Assembly (NCBI GenBank): GCA_015661535.1
Contig: DQVY01000133.1
Coordinates: 1 to 32,530 of the forward strand
Direction: 5' to 3'
Source of the DNA: Sulfurovum sp.
Lineage (GTDB): Bacteria > Campylobacterota > Campylobacteria > Campylobacterales > Sulfurovaceae
DNA: 32,530 bases
Below, piece after piece: positions 16,462 to 25,782 of the stretch. A program made the translations under genes and the position numbers. Every line of letters begins with the position of its first letter. The first letter of the stretch is position 1. Under the pieces are notes generated by a model, which did no database searches, was not told the DNA's origin, and saw only the letters and a program-made list of their open reading frames with translations.

Positions 16462-17721
16462 ATGAACAAGCCCGTAGATTTTGATTATTTTAACACACAA
16501 CTTGTGCACAATGTCGGTTCTAGAGTAGGACCTGTCGCACCAACTATTACCCCTTCTGCTGCCTTCGGTTACCAGGATGCAGAAGAAGCAGAAGGTATAT
16601 TCGGCGCGACAGTCAACAAACCGCTTTATGCAAGAGTGGGAAACCCGACCAATGGAAAACTCGAAGGTATTGTTGCTGAGTTTGAAGGCGGCCTTGGTGC
16701 CATTGCCACCTCCTCCGGTATGGGTGCTATTGCCATGGTGTGTACAGCATTTTTAAATACTGGCGACGAACTGCTTTGTATAGGTGGGTTCTTTGGAGGT
16801 ACATACTCTTTGGTAAATGATACTTTGGCACGTTTTGGCGTGACAAACAGCTTTTGTGAAGTGGATGACTTTGCACATATAGAGTCTGCACTTAAACGTG
16901 GTGTAAAAATGGTTATCTTTGAATCTGTAGGTAATCCAAGCCTTACCCTGCCTGATGTACAGCGTATCATTGATCTTTGTAATCAGTATGAAACTGTAGT
17001 GATGATAGACAATACAGCGACACCTTTGCTTTTACGTCCTATTCCTATGGGTGCAGACATTGTGGTACACTCTTCCACTAAAAATATGTCGGGACACTCT
17101 GCAGCACTCGGTGGTATAGCAGTGTTTAGAGCGGTAAAAGAAGAGGGTGATAAACTCTTAAATGAAAAGTACAAAGATCTGCATAAAATAGTCAATAAAA
17201 TGGGTAAAAAAGCCTTTATACCTATTTGTAAAAAAAGAGCCATCCGTGATTTTGGTATGACAGCCAACGCTTTTGGCTCATTTATGACCATGGTAGGTTT
17301 GGAGACGCTTTCTCTGCGTGTAGAACGTATCAATCAAAATGTTGCCAAAGTAGCAGAGATCTTGGATAAAAAACTCCCTGAAGGTGTCAGTGTGAATCAC
17401 CCATGCCTGCCATCCAGTCCGGACAATGCACGTTATAAGTCAGATTTTCCACAGGGTTGCGGCCCACTGTTGAGTATTGACTGTGGAAGCAAAGAACGTG
17501 CCTTTGCTTTGTTAAATAAATTGAACCTGGTCATTTTGACTGCAAATATCGGTGACAACAGAACGTTGGCATTGCATATGACAAGTACTATTTATTCTGA
17601 TTTTGATGAAGAGGCACGAAAATTTTTAGGGGTTCATGAAGGTTTGATCCGTGTTTCCATAGGACTTGAAGATCCTGAAGAAGTGGCAAAAGACTTTTTA
17701 CAGGCGGCAGAGAGCCTGTAA
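16462..17721 (+). CDS. Cys/Met metabolism PLP enzyme (O-acylhomoserine sulfhydrylase MetY/MetZ-like)
   Basis: YARVGNPT, SSGMGAI, DNT, HSSTK (PLP Lys), ANIGD and IRVSIGLED motifs. Confidence 0.9.
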   Translation: MNKPVDFDYFNTQLVHNVGSRVGPVAPTITPSAAFGYQDAEEAEGIFGATVNKPLYARVGNPTNGKLEGIVAEFEGGLGAIATSSGMGAIAMVCTAFLNTGDELLCIGGFFGGTYSLVNDTLARFGVTNSFCEVDDFAHIESALKRGVKMVIFESVGNPSLTLPDVQRIIDLCNQYETVVMIDNTATPLLLRPIPMGADIVVHSSTKNMSGHSAALGGIAVFRAVKEEGDKLLNEKYKDLHKIVNKMGKKAFIPICKKRAIRDFGMTANAFGSFMTMVGLETLSLRVERINQNVAKVAEILDKKLPEGVSVNHPCLPSSPDNARYKSDFPQGCGPLLSIDCGSKERAFALLNKLNLVILTANIGDNRTLALHMTSTIYSDFDEEARKFLGVHEGLIRVSIGLEDPEEVAKDFLQAAESL

Positions 17722-17738
17722 ATAGTTTTACTTTAAAA

Positions 17739-18596
17739 TTATAAGATGGAAGATTTTAGTCCATAAAAATAATTTTGAAATTTTAAGATACTTTTTGTAC
17801 TAAGCTGTTCTATAAAATTTTCCAGTTTATCTTTCTCTTTCCATGAAGGTTTTTTGACCTTCGCAAGTTTCTGCACCTCTTTTTTTGCTTGAGAGATAAC
17901 GCCTATCTTGTCTATCAGTCCTGCACTTTTTGCTCTTTGGGCCGAAAATATATGTGCATCTGCATATGTTTTTGAATCACTTACCTTTAATCCTCTTGCA
18001 TTTGCAACATCCTGCACAAACAGTTCATAGGTGTCTTTTGTGAGTGTTTCGAGTTCTGCACGTTCTTCAGGGGTCCATTTTCTTGTCGGGGTACCGGCTT
18101 CTTTGTAGGTCCCCTGTTTAACGATCTGTGTTTTTACCCCAATAGTCTGCATGAGCTCTTCAATATTGGCACTTTCCATGATAACACCAATAGACCCGAC
18201 AATGGAACCCGGGTTGGCGATGATCGTATTGGCATAGATAGAAGCATAGTAAGACCCGCTTGCCATAATGCCTGATGCATAGGCAACCACAGGTTTATGC
18301 TTTTTTAACTCTTTGATGGCATAAGCTATCTCTATAGAGGGAGGTACAGCCCCTCCCGGAGAATTGACATTCAGCAGTACACCTTTTATTTTTTTATTTT
18401 TTTGTGCCTCCTCTATCTCTTTCAAAATGGCAGTGGCATCCATAATGGGACCTACAAGTTTTATCTCTTGAAGATTCGCAGGGATCAATTGTGTGGTGGA
18501 TGAGGGCATGAGTACAACAAAAGCAATGAGGAGAAATAACATCCCCATAAAGTGTTGACCTATCCATTTGATAGTTTTTCCTATAGTACTAAACAT
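17739..18596 (-). CDS. sppA: Signal peptide peptidase SppA (36K type)
   Basis: NSPGG, MASGSYY, GSIGV and GTYKEAG motifs. Confidence 0.95.
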   Translation of the reverse strand: MFSTIGKTIKWIGQHFMGMLFLLIAFVVLMPSSTTQLIPANLQEIKLVGPIMDATAILKEIEEAQKNKKIKGVLLNVNSPGGAVPPSIEIAYAIKELKKHKPVVAYASGIMASGSYYASIYANTIIANPGSIVGSIGVIMESANIEELMQTIGVKTQIVKQGTYKEAGTPTRKWTPEERAELETLTKDTYELFVQDVANARGLKVSDSKTYADAHIFSAQRAKSAGLIDKIGVISQAKKEVQKLAKVKKPSWKEKDKLENFIEQLSTKSILKFQNYFYGLKSSIL

Positions 18597-18637
18597 GGTA
18601 TACTCTTTTATATGATTGAAATGATGTATAATATACA

Positions 18638-18654
18638 GATAACATTATAACACA
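18638..18654 (-). promoter_or_regulatory. Extended -10 promoter of sppA
   Basis: TGTGTTATAATGTTATC on - strand; identical to 20373-20389. Confidence 0.6.
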
Positions 18655-18682
18655 AATGTATCGTTAGCGAAGGTGAAAAAAG

Positions 18683-19084
18683 ATGAAAAAAATTGTATTT
18701 GCTTTTCTGTGTATCTCCCCCTGTTTATTTTCAGATTTTACTGCTACACAAACCCCTCCGATCATCACGCCACCGAAACCTGAACTCCCCATAGTTCGAC
18801 CGCCTTTAAGACCCATAAGGCCTATAGTAGGACCGGTGTATGTACAAGAAGATTATAATTATTATAGCAATGTAGTGACTTCCTGCGATGAATATATAAG
18901 GATCATAGAAGAGAAAGACCAAGAGATCAATGACTTAAAGAGAGAAATTGAGCGTCTTAAGAATGAAGAACATCTCAAGCTCCAAAAAGATCTTCAAAGC
19001 CAATATGAAAAAGAATTAAAAAAGTTTGATGAACGAAACAGTGGTCTCAAAAGAAAGAACAGTATCGATGTCTCTGATAAATAA
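18683..19084 (+). CDS. Secreted Pro-rich/coiled-coil hypothetical protein
   Basis: Signal peptide, Pro-rich linker and charged heptads. Confidence 0.7.
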   Translation: MKKIVFAFLCISPCLFSDFTATQTPPIITPPKPELPIVRPPLRPIRPIVGPVYVQEDYNYYSNVVTSCDEYIRIIEEKDQEINDLKREIERLKNEEHLKLQKDLQSQYEKELKKFDERNSGLKRKNSIDVSDK

Positions 19085-19121
19085 CAGACCTCTCTGATAC
19101 ACTAGAGGGCCTGTATTTATA

Positions 19122-20336
19122 CTAAATATACTTTTCTCCGTCTATATATATGGCTGAAGCCTCTTTTGTATGAAGGAGGGTCCACAGGGCTATCTCTTCT
19201 TCTCTTTTGGGTGTTTCTTTTAGTGTGATGAGCGTAAAATCTGCAAGTTTCCCTTTTTCTATTTTTCCCACATTCAGTCCAAGTATATCTGCAGCATCTG
19301 AAGTAACTGCGTCTATAAGTTTTGAAGCCAATGGTCCAATAGGTGCCTGATGATGAAGCATAAGTGCTGCTCTTAGTTCATCAAAAATACTCAAAGAGTC
19401 GTTTGAACTTAATCCGTCCGTGGCTATGGTAAAGGGTAGTTTGAGGTTTTCGATGGGGAGTCTTCCACAGCCTAAATAACGGTTGGACCTTGGACAGTGT
19501 GCAATGGAGTGACCTTGCTGGGCAAGGTAATCCAGTTCTACCTGATTGGCTTGGACAGCATGTGTGAAGTGTGTAGGGTAGGTGTCAAAAGCATACATAA
19601 ATTCCTGTATGTTTGTGACAGGTACTTCGGTATTGAAAAACGTTTTAAAAAACGATTTAAAGGCACCTTCCCCTTCTTCAAGCCATTGACGTTCTGCCTG
19701 TGATTCTAAAAAATGAGCACTGAGCGGAAGACTATGCTTTTTGGCAACATTCACCGCTTTTTGTAAAATAATGGGATGCACAGCATAGGGTGAATGGATA
19801 GCCACTGCGGGAGTAATACGTGATGCTTCTTCACAAGACATAGAAGCTTCTACTCTCTCCATAAAATCACCATAAAGCATGTCTGCATATTGTGCATTTG
19901 AACCTATAAGCTCATTAAAAAAGACAACACGCTGCGGTGTTTTCTCACAGACTTCAAGCTCATTCCCAAAACTTGAAATGGCACCAAAAGTAGTGATACC
20001 GGAACGTAACATGGTTTCACATTCTTCCTGCATCATTTCATTGTCACAGGCAGCAACCAGATCTTCTCTATGCTCTATAACAGAGTCAAGCCAAGGCATA
20101 AATGAACCATACTTGAGAGAGGTTTTATTGGCAGAAAATTCCAGGTGTACATGTGTGTTGATAAAGCCTGGGTAGAGTACAGTGTTTGGCTCACTTGTGA
20201 GCATTTCTACCTCGGGATATTTGGCTTGGAGGTTTTCTAGGGTATCAATATCTTTAATGATATTGCTAAATGCTACAGCATGGTTTGTGAGGTATCCCTC
20301 AGGAGTATAGATATAATCTGCAAGTAGGATTTTCAT
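19122..20336 (-). CDS. mqnF: Amidohydrolase, aminofutalosine deaminase-like
   Basis: HVHLEFS, HSPY, HFLES, HCPRSN and TDGLSSN motifs; position between sppA and aroQ as in Campylobacter. Confidence 0.8.
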   Translation of the reverse strand: MKILLADYIYTPEGYLTNHAVAFSNIIKDIDTLENLQAKYPEVEMLTSEPNTVLYPGFINTHVHLEFSANKTSLKYGSFMPWLDSVIEHREDLVAACDNEMMQEECETMLRSGITTFGAISSFGNELEVCEKTPQRVVFFNELIGSNAQYADMLYGDFMERVEASMSCEEASRITPAVAIHSPYAVHPIILQKAVNVAKKHSLPLSAHFLESQAERQWLEEGEGAFKSFFKTFFNTEVPVTNIQEFMYAFDTYPTHFTHAVQANQVELDYLAQQGHSIAHCPRSNRYLGCGRLPIENLKLPFTIATDGLSSNDSLSIFDELRAALMLHHQAPIGPLASKLIDAVTSDAADILGLNVGKIEKGKLADFTLITLKETPKREEEIALWTLLHTKEASAIYIDGEKYI

Positions 20337-20372
20337 TTTTAGAACCTTTTATAATACGCATAGAAGTTTATT

Positions 20373-20389
20373 GATAACATTATAACACA
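20373..20389 (-). promoter_or_regulatory. Extended -10 promoter of the amidohydrolase gene
   Basis: TGTGTTATAATGTTATC on - strand. Confidence 0.6.
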
Positions 20390-20464
20390 GTAACTTTTTA
20401 CCTAGATAGGATAGTTTAAAGCTTCTATGCTAGTATGAAGAAAAATTATGAGTAGGATATAAAA

Positions 20465-20935
20465 ATGAAAACCGGAAAAGTAATGGCACTGTATATGACC
20501 ATGCCAGACATGATGCGTTCTGGACATCGTATGGCAGTCGAAGATTTTGAATGTGACCCTGATGGGATTTTAGAAGATATGAATTATGAAAGTAGTCAAG
20601 ATTATGTGATGATGTTGACAAGTTTAAAGAGTTATGAACTTGTAGAGGAAGCAGAACTGGTGATTGCCAAGGGGGTCTTGATGGAAAATATTATTGTAGA
20701 TATCGATCTTTATGGCTTGAAGAAAGGTTCTGTCATAGAGTTGGGAGATACCTTGCTTGAAGTAACAGGTCCTTGTGAATCGTACGGTTATTTGATGGCA
20801 CTTGCTCCGGAACTACCAGATATCCTTCGTGGGAATCGCGGTCTTTTTGTACGTCCTCTGGACCATGGAAGAATTGCGCTTGGTGATGAAGTAAAAGTGC
20901 TGAAGGACACCTCTAAAACAGAAGAGGGAGCATAA
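20465..20935 (+). CDS. MOSC-domain protein
   Basis: ENIIVD, LEVTGPCE and RGLFVRPLDHGRIALGD motifs. Confidence 0.8.
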   Translation: MKTGKVMALYMTMPDMMRSGHRMAVEDFECDPDGILEDMNYESSQDYVMMLTSLKSYELVEEAELVIAKGVLMENIIVDIDLYGLKKGSVIELGDTLLEVTGPCESYGYLMALAPELPDILRGNRGLFVRPLDHGRIALGDEVKVLKDTSKTEEGA

Positions 20936-21019
20936 GGCAAAAAAATTGCCTTCATTTTGCATTAGATTCAAACTATTTAGATAAAATAATACCTAAATTA
21001 TATATACGAAGGTAGACAG

Positions 21020-21505
21020 ATGAAAATAGTAGTAATCCAAGGTCCAAATCTCAATATGCTAGGCATTAGAGAGCAAAATATTTACGGTCCAATGAAATTA
21101 GAAGATATTCATTCACAAATGAAATCATTTGCAGAACAGAATAAAAATGAAATTGAATTTTTTCAAAGTAACCTAGAGGGTGAGATCGTAGATCGTATCC
21201 AGGAATGTATGGGTGATGCAAATGGTATTATCATCAATCCGGCTGCTTATACACATACTTCTATTGCAATACGTGATGCAATTGCTGCGGTTCAAATACC
21301 AACACTTGAAGTACACCTTTCAAACATCTACCAAAGAGAAGAGTTTAGACATAAATCACTCATCGCACCTGTATGTGCAGGACAGATCACGGGAATGGGA
21401 CCATTTGGTTACCACTTGGCAATGGTTGGTATGACACAAATACTTTCTGAAATGAAAATGATGAAAGAACAACAAGCCAAAGCACAGGCTGCACAGGCAA
21501 AATAG
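21020..21505 (+). CDS. aroQ: Type II 3-dehydroquinate dehydratase
   Basis: [26 protein letters not shown] and EVHLSN motifs. Confidence 0.98.
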   Translation: MKIVVIQGPNLNMLGIREQNIYGPMKLEDIHSQMKSFAEQNKNEIEFFQSNLEGEIVDRIQECMGDANGIIINPAAYTHTSIAIRDAIAAVQIPTLEVHLSNIYQREEFRHKSLIAPVCAGQITGMGPFGYHLAMVGMTQILSEMKMMKEQQAKAQAAQAK

Positions 21506-21546
21506 TTGCGACAGGCTCAACCAGTGGGCTTTCACACTCGTTTTCT

Positions 21547-21651
21547 CGTTCCCACGTTTTACGTGGGAATGCATATGTATCTTTTGATAGCTAAATAACT
21601 TCTACTCTTTATAAATCATATATGCATTCCCAGACAAAGCAGGGAAACGGG
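21547..21651. repeat. Degenerate REP doublet (second family)
   Basis: CTCGTTCCCACG-TTTTA-CGTGGGAATGCATAT followed by the decayed inverted copy ATATGCATTCCCAGACAAAGCAGGGAAACGGG. Confidence 0.65.
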
Positions 21652-21683
21652 TTTTTGTAAAGAAAATACTTTTAGGACTCTAC

Positions 21684-22703
21684 ATGAATTACATGCTCAA
21701 AGATGAAAATGCTATCTATTATGAATGTGGCTATAGCTGTGACAATGCACTGTACCTCTCTTTGGGAAGTGAAGCATATTTTATTACCGATAGCCGCTAT
21801 ACTTTAGATGCAAATGAACATGTCAAACAAGCACATATCATTATAAACGGTGACCTCTATGGTGAAGCTGTCAAATTACTGAAGCATGCCAAAATAAAGA
21901 AAATAGTCTTCGATCCTAAAGAGTGGACCGTAGATGGCTTTGAGCGTATACGCTCAAAAGTAAAACTAGAGTTTAAAGCAGTACTTGACTTTTCCCATAA
22001 GAAACGCATCATAAAGTCAGATGAAGAGTTGAAAATACTTGCCAAGGCTGCTAGGTTAGGGGCTAAAGCATTCAAGCATTTAGCCAAAGAATTCCGGAAA
22101 AATGGTTTTGGCAAAGATGAATATACGTTAACGCATATGGCTAAAGGTATTTTAAGTGACTTTGGACAATATGAATTAAGTTTTGATCCTATTGTGGCGA
22201 TCAATAAAAATGCAGCGAAGCCGCATGCGATGCCAACAGAGACACGCTTGGAAAAGAATGACCTATTGTTGGTGGATGCCGGATTAAAGTATAAGCGTTA
22301 CTGCTCAGATAGGACACGAACCATACAGGCAGACAAGTATTTGATGTTTGATACGAACCAAAGCTATAAACGCAAAAAGATCCAAAAAGCATACGATACT
22401 GTACTCAAAGCACATGACAATGCCATAGCAAAAGCACGTTCCGGGATGAAAGCAAAACAAGTAGATGCTTTGACACGCGATATCATCACAAAAGCAGGTT
22501 TTGGAGAGTATTATGTTCATTCTACCGGACATGGTGTGGGACTGGACATTCACGAGATGCCCTATATCTCTAGCAAATCAGATACTGTCATTGAAGATGG
22601 TATGGTATATACGATAGAACCGGGGATCTATATACCGGATGCATTTGGCATACGTATTGAAGATATGGTTGCCATGGTAGATGGCAAAGCAGTGGTATTG
22701 TAG
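21684..22703 (+). CDS. Xaa-Pro aminopeptidase (M24)
   Basis: TDSRY, YCSDRTRT, HSTGHGVGLDIHE, EPGIY and GIRIED motifs. Confidence 0.94.
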   Translation: MNYMLKDENAIYYECGYSCDNALYLSLGSEAYFITDSRYTLDANEHVKQAHIIINGDLYGEAVKLLKHAKIKKIVFDPKEWTVDGFERIRSKVKLEFKAVLDFSHKKRIIKSDEELKILAKAARLGAKAFKHLAKEFRKNGFGKDEYTLTHMAKGILSDFGQYELSFDPIVAINKNAAKPHAMPTETRLEKNDLLLVDAGLKYKRYCSDRTRTIQADKYLMFDTNQSYKRKKIQKAYDTVLKAHDNAIAKARSGMKAKQVDALTRDIITKAGFGEYYVHSTGHGVGLDIHEMPYISSKSDTVIEDGMVYTIEPGIYIPDAFGIRIEDMVAMVDGKAVVL

Positions 22704-22710
22704 GAAAAAC

Positions 22711-23199
22711 ATGATAAAAAGAAAGCTTGATGATGCACACACTTTAATGAAAACAGCAGGCTATCCTGTTGTATTTCAAGTAAAGGGTGGTCACAGGGCT
22801 TTATTGGGGATCGGCGGTAATATCGGAGATGTGATACGCCGTTTTGAACATCTTCTCTATTATTTTAAACGCTCCTCTATGCTTTCAGTGATAGAAACAG
22901 CACCTATACTTAAAAACCCGCCTTTTGGGTATAAAGAACAGGGTGACTTTTACAATTCATTGATCTTGATAGAAACCATGTTAACACCTAGGGCGTTATT
23001 GCGTTATGTGTTGCGTGTAGAAAAAGTTTTTGGGAGAAAGCGTCTTTTTAAAGATGGACCAAGAACTTTGGATATAGATATATTATTTTATGAAAATGTA
23101 AATATGGAGACAAAAGAGCTGATATTGCCTCATCCGGAGTGGATGAACAGAAACTCAGTCCTTATACCTCTTTTACATATGAAAGGCAGCATGGTATGA
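22711..23199 (+). CDS. folK: 2-amino-4-hydroxy-6-hydroxymethyldihydropteridine diphosphokinase
   Basis: LGIGGNIG, GPRTLDIDIL and LPHP motifs; start MIKRK after AGGA. Confidence 0.93.
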   Translation: MIKRKLDDAHTLMKTAGYPVVFQVKGGHRALLGIGGNIGDVIRRFEHLLYYFKRSSMLSVIETAPILKNPPFGYKEQGDFYNSLILIETMLTPRALLRYVLRVEKVFGRKRLFKDGPRTLDIDILFYENVNMETKELILPHPEWMNRNSVLIPLLHMKGSMV

Positions 23200-24278
23200 T
23201 GCATGAAACATTTGTAGCCTCTGATCCGAAGAGTGCATATGAACAGGCAGTTGAAAAATATGGAGGAGGGGTAACCCTTATCGCAGCAAAGCAGATCAAG
23301 CATGACGATGGTAAATTACTGTGTGAAGTGACTATTACAGTAGAAGAAGATCTGTTTATTGAAAAATCTTTAGCCGGTACTCCAATGCCTGCCAAAGAAG
23401 AAGAGGAAGATGCACTTCTTTTAGCAGAGTTGAGTGAACTTAAAAAACAATTGTCCGTGATGAAGTCTGAAATGTTTGCTGAAGATGAAGCAGGTTCTAT
23501 ACAGAAAATTAAAGCACTTTTTATAAAAAAAGGTATTGCAAAACGTTGGCTTGATGATGTCTTTGCTGCCTTGATCGGCAGTAATATTCTTGATGATGAA
23601 AGATTGTTAGTCTCGTATATACTCGAAGAGATCGATGAATCATTGCGTGTACAGGAAGAGAACATGGATGACCAGAAGGTCATCATGCTGGTAGGCCCGA
23701 CAGGTGTAGGCAAAACTACCACAATAGCGAAGTTGGCAGCACGTTATGCCTATTTGATGGATAAACCTTACAAGGTGGCACTTTTAAATTTGGACAGCTA
23801 TAAAGTAGGTGCGTATGAACAGTTGGCACATTATGCAGATATTATGCAGATAGAACATCTAACAGTAGATAATACCGATGCTTTTATGGATGGACTGGAG
23901 CTTTTAAAGGCATATGACGTGATACTGGTTGATACAGCAGGAATGTCCCCCTATGATACACAAAAACTGATCAAGACAGTGGAGTTTGTACAGACCGATA
24001 CACCTAGGAATATAGAAGTCAATCTTGTTTTATCGGCTACTGTGAAATATGAAGATATGGATGATATTTATAATAACTTTTCATTTTTAAATTTAAACTC
24101 TCTCATTATTACCAAGTTTGATGAAACAAAGTATTTGGGAACATTATTAAATTTTATGTTATTATATAAAATTCCTATGAGTTATTTCGCTATAGGCCAG
24201 GAAGTGCCGGATGATCTTTTAGTGGCATCAAAAGAGTACCTTTTAGAACGTTTTATCGGTGATTTGGATGAAGGGTGA
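23196..24278 (+). CDS. flhF: Flagellar biosynthesis SRP-type GTPase FlhF
   Basis: GPTGVGKTTTIAKLAA, DTAG, TKFDET and GQEVPDDL motifs; FlhF-like N-terminus; ATGA overlap with folK. Confidence 0.9.
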   Translation: MMHETFVASDPKSAYEQAVEKYGGGVTLIAAKQIKHDDGKLLCEVTITVEEDLFIEKSLAGTPMPAKEEEEDALLLAELSELKKQLSVMKSEMFAEDEAGSIQKIKALFIKKGIAKRWLDDVFAALIGSNILDDERLLVSYILEEIDESLRVQEENMDDQKVIMLVGPTGVGKTTTIAKLAARYAYLMDKPYKVALLNLDSYKVGAYEQLAHYADIMQIEHLTVDNTDAFMDGLELLKAYDVILVDTAGMSPYDTQKLIKTVEFVQTDTPRNIEVNLVLSATVKYEDMDDIYNNFSFLNLNSLIITKFDETKYLGTLLNFMLLYKIPMSYFAIGQEVPDDLLVASKEYLLERFIGDLDEG

Positions 24279-24741
24279 GACACAGGCACTTCATTTAGCT
24301 AAAATGATGCAGAGGTATATACATGAAGAGAGCTATGAACTTGCACTGCCCCTTGTTATGGTGCGACGTTCCAGGCTTAAAAAGCTACAGGTGAACGATG
24401 TATTGCTTTTAGGTTTGAAAACATTAGAGTTTGTACTGATAGACGGAGAGACTATCTGTGCTAAACTAGTGCCTAAAAAAGTAGCTTCAGAGAATATTGT
24501 TGAGATTATTGAACTCACAGGAGAGTCGATAAAGACAATTAATAGTAATAAATATGAAGTTCTAAAACTTTCTTTTGGAATGTACCCTGTGAAAGATGTG
24601 TCTTTGGGATATCGCGTAGAGATGGCAGAGATCAATATAGATAATATCAGGCTGATGCTTGGTGAAAAAAAATTAGCAGAAGGCTCTTTGGTCATGACTG
24701 ACCATACAATAGCTGTAAAGATAAACAAGGTGATGGTATGA
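24268..24741 (+). CDS. FliM/FliN C-terminal (SPOA) domain protein, divergent
   Basis: [12 protein letters not shown] and [22 protein letters not shown] resemble two SPOA repeats; syntenic with the fliM/fliY slot. Confidence 0.6.
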   Translation: MKGETQALHLAKMMQRYIHEESYELALPLVMVRRSRLKKLQVNDVLLLGLKTLEFVLIDGETICAKLVPKKVASENIVEIIELTGESIKTINSNKYEVLKLSFGMYPVKDVSLGYRVEMAEINIDNIRLMLGEKKLAEGSLVMTDHTIAVKINKVMV

Positions 24742-25769
24742 CAGAAAATAAAAAAAAGAAAGTATTGGTAGGAATGAGTGGAGGGGTTGACTCCACAGTG
24801 ACCTCTATACTTTTACAAAAAGAGGGCTATGAAGTAGAAGGTGTCTACATGAAACTTCACCATAAGCCAGGGTATCATGAAGAGAATTTTACAAAAGCAC
24901 AACGCGTGGCGGACTATTTGGGTGTGAAGGTACATTTTCTTGACCTGAGTAAAGAGTTTGAACAAAATGTCTACAGTTATTTTATAGAAGGCTACAAAGA
25001 AGGCTTAACACCGAACCCCTGTGTGATGTGTAACCGAACGATCAAGTTTGGTAAAATGGTAGAGTTTGCCGACACTATTGGTGCAGACCATGTGGCAACG
25101 GGGCATTATATAAAATGTGACGGTGAGTTCATTTATGCGGCAGAAGATGCGAACAAAGACCAGAGCTATTTTCTTTGTGAAGTAAAAAAAGAGGTGCTTC
25201 CGCGACTTCTTTTCCCTCTTGGTACCTGGGTGAAGCCTGATGTTAAAGCCTATGCAGCAGATATTGAAGTGCTTAAAGATTTTGCTACACAGGCAGAAAG
25301 TTCAGAGATCTGTTTTGTAGAGAACACCTATGATGAAGTGTTGGCAAAACATATGAGCATAGATATGCCTGGTGATGTCATTGACACAGAAGGCAAGGTG
25401 GTAGGTACACATAAGGGCTATATGCACTACACCATAGGCAAACGTAGAGGCTTTACGGTAGACGGGGCACATGATCCGCACTTTGTCCTTGAAATCAAAC
25501 CTGAGACAAACCAGATCGTGGTAGGTACCAAAGATAAACTTGAAGAGAATGCCTTTGAAGTGAAACACATTAACTTGTTTAAAGATCTGACAGAGTTCGA
25601 CTGTATGGTGAAAGTACGTTACCGTACAACTGCAGTACCTTGTCATGTAAGCATTTCTGATGGTATTGCCAAGGTAACACTTAAAGAGCCTGTCTTTGGA
25701 CTGGCAAAAGGGCAGATAGCAGCCTTTTATGAAGAAGATAAACTCCTGGGCGGTGGGGTTATCTGTTAG
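24738..25769 (+). CDS. mnmA: tRNA 2-thiouridine(34) synthase MnmA
   Basis: [29 protein letters not shown] and YTIGKRRG motifs. Confidence 0.97.
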   Translation: MTENKKKKVLVGMSGGVDSTVTSILLQKEGYEVEGVYMKLHHKPGYHEENFTKAQRVADYLGVKVHFLDLSKEFEQNVYSYFIEGYKEGLTPNPCVMCNRTIKFGKMVEFADTIGADHVATGHYIKCDGEFIYAAEDANKDQSYFLCEVKKEVLPRLLFPLGTWVKPDVKAYAADIEVLKDFATQAESSEICFVENTYDEVLAKHMSIDMPGDVIDTEGKVVGTHKGYMHYTIGKRRGFTVDGAHDPHFVLEIKPETNQIVVGTKDKLEENAFEVKHINLFKDLTEFDCMVKVRYRTTAVPCHVSISDGIAKVTLKEPVFGLAKGQIAAFYEEDKLLGGGVIC

Positions 25770-25782
25770 TGTCCTCTATAGG

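Noticed and set aside
20903-20919. AAGGACACCTCTAAAAC resembling the MITE terminal repeat at the MOSC gene end
   Set aside because: Single short match inside coding sequence with no partner; may be chance.
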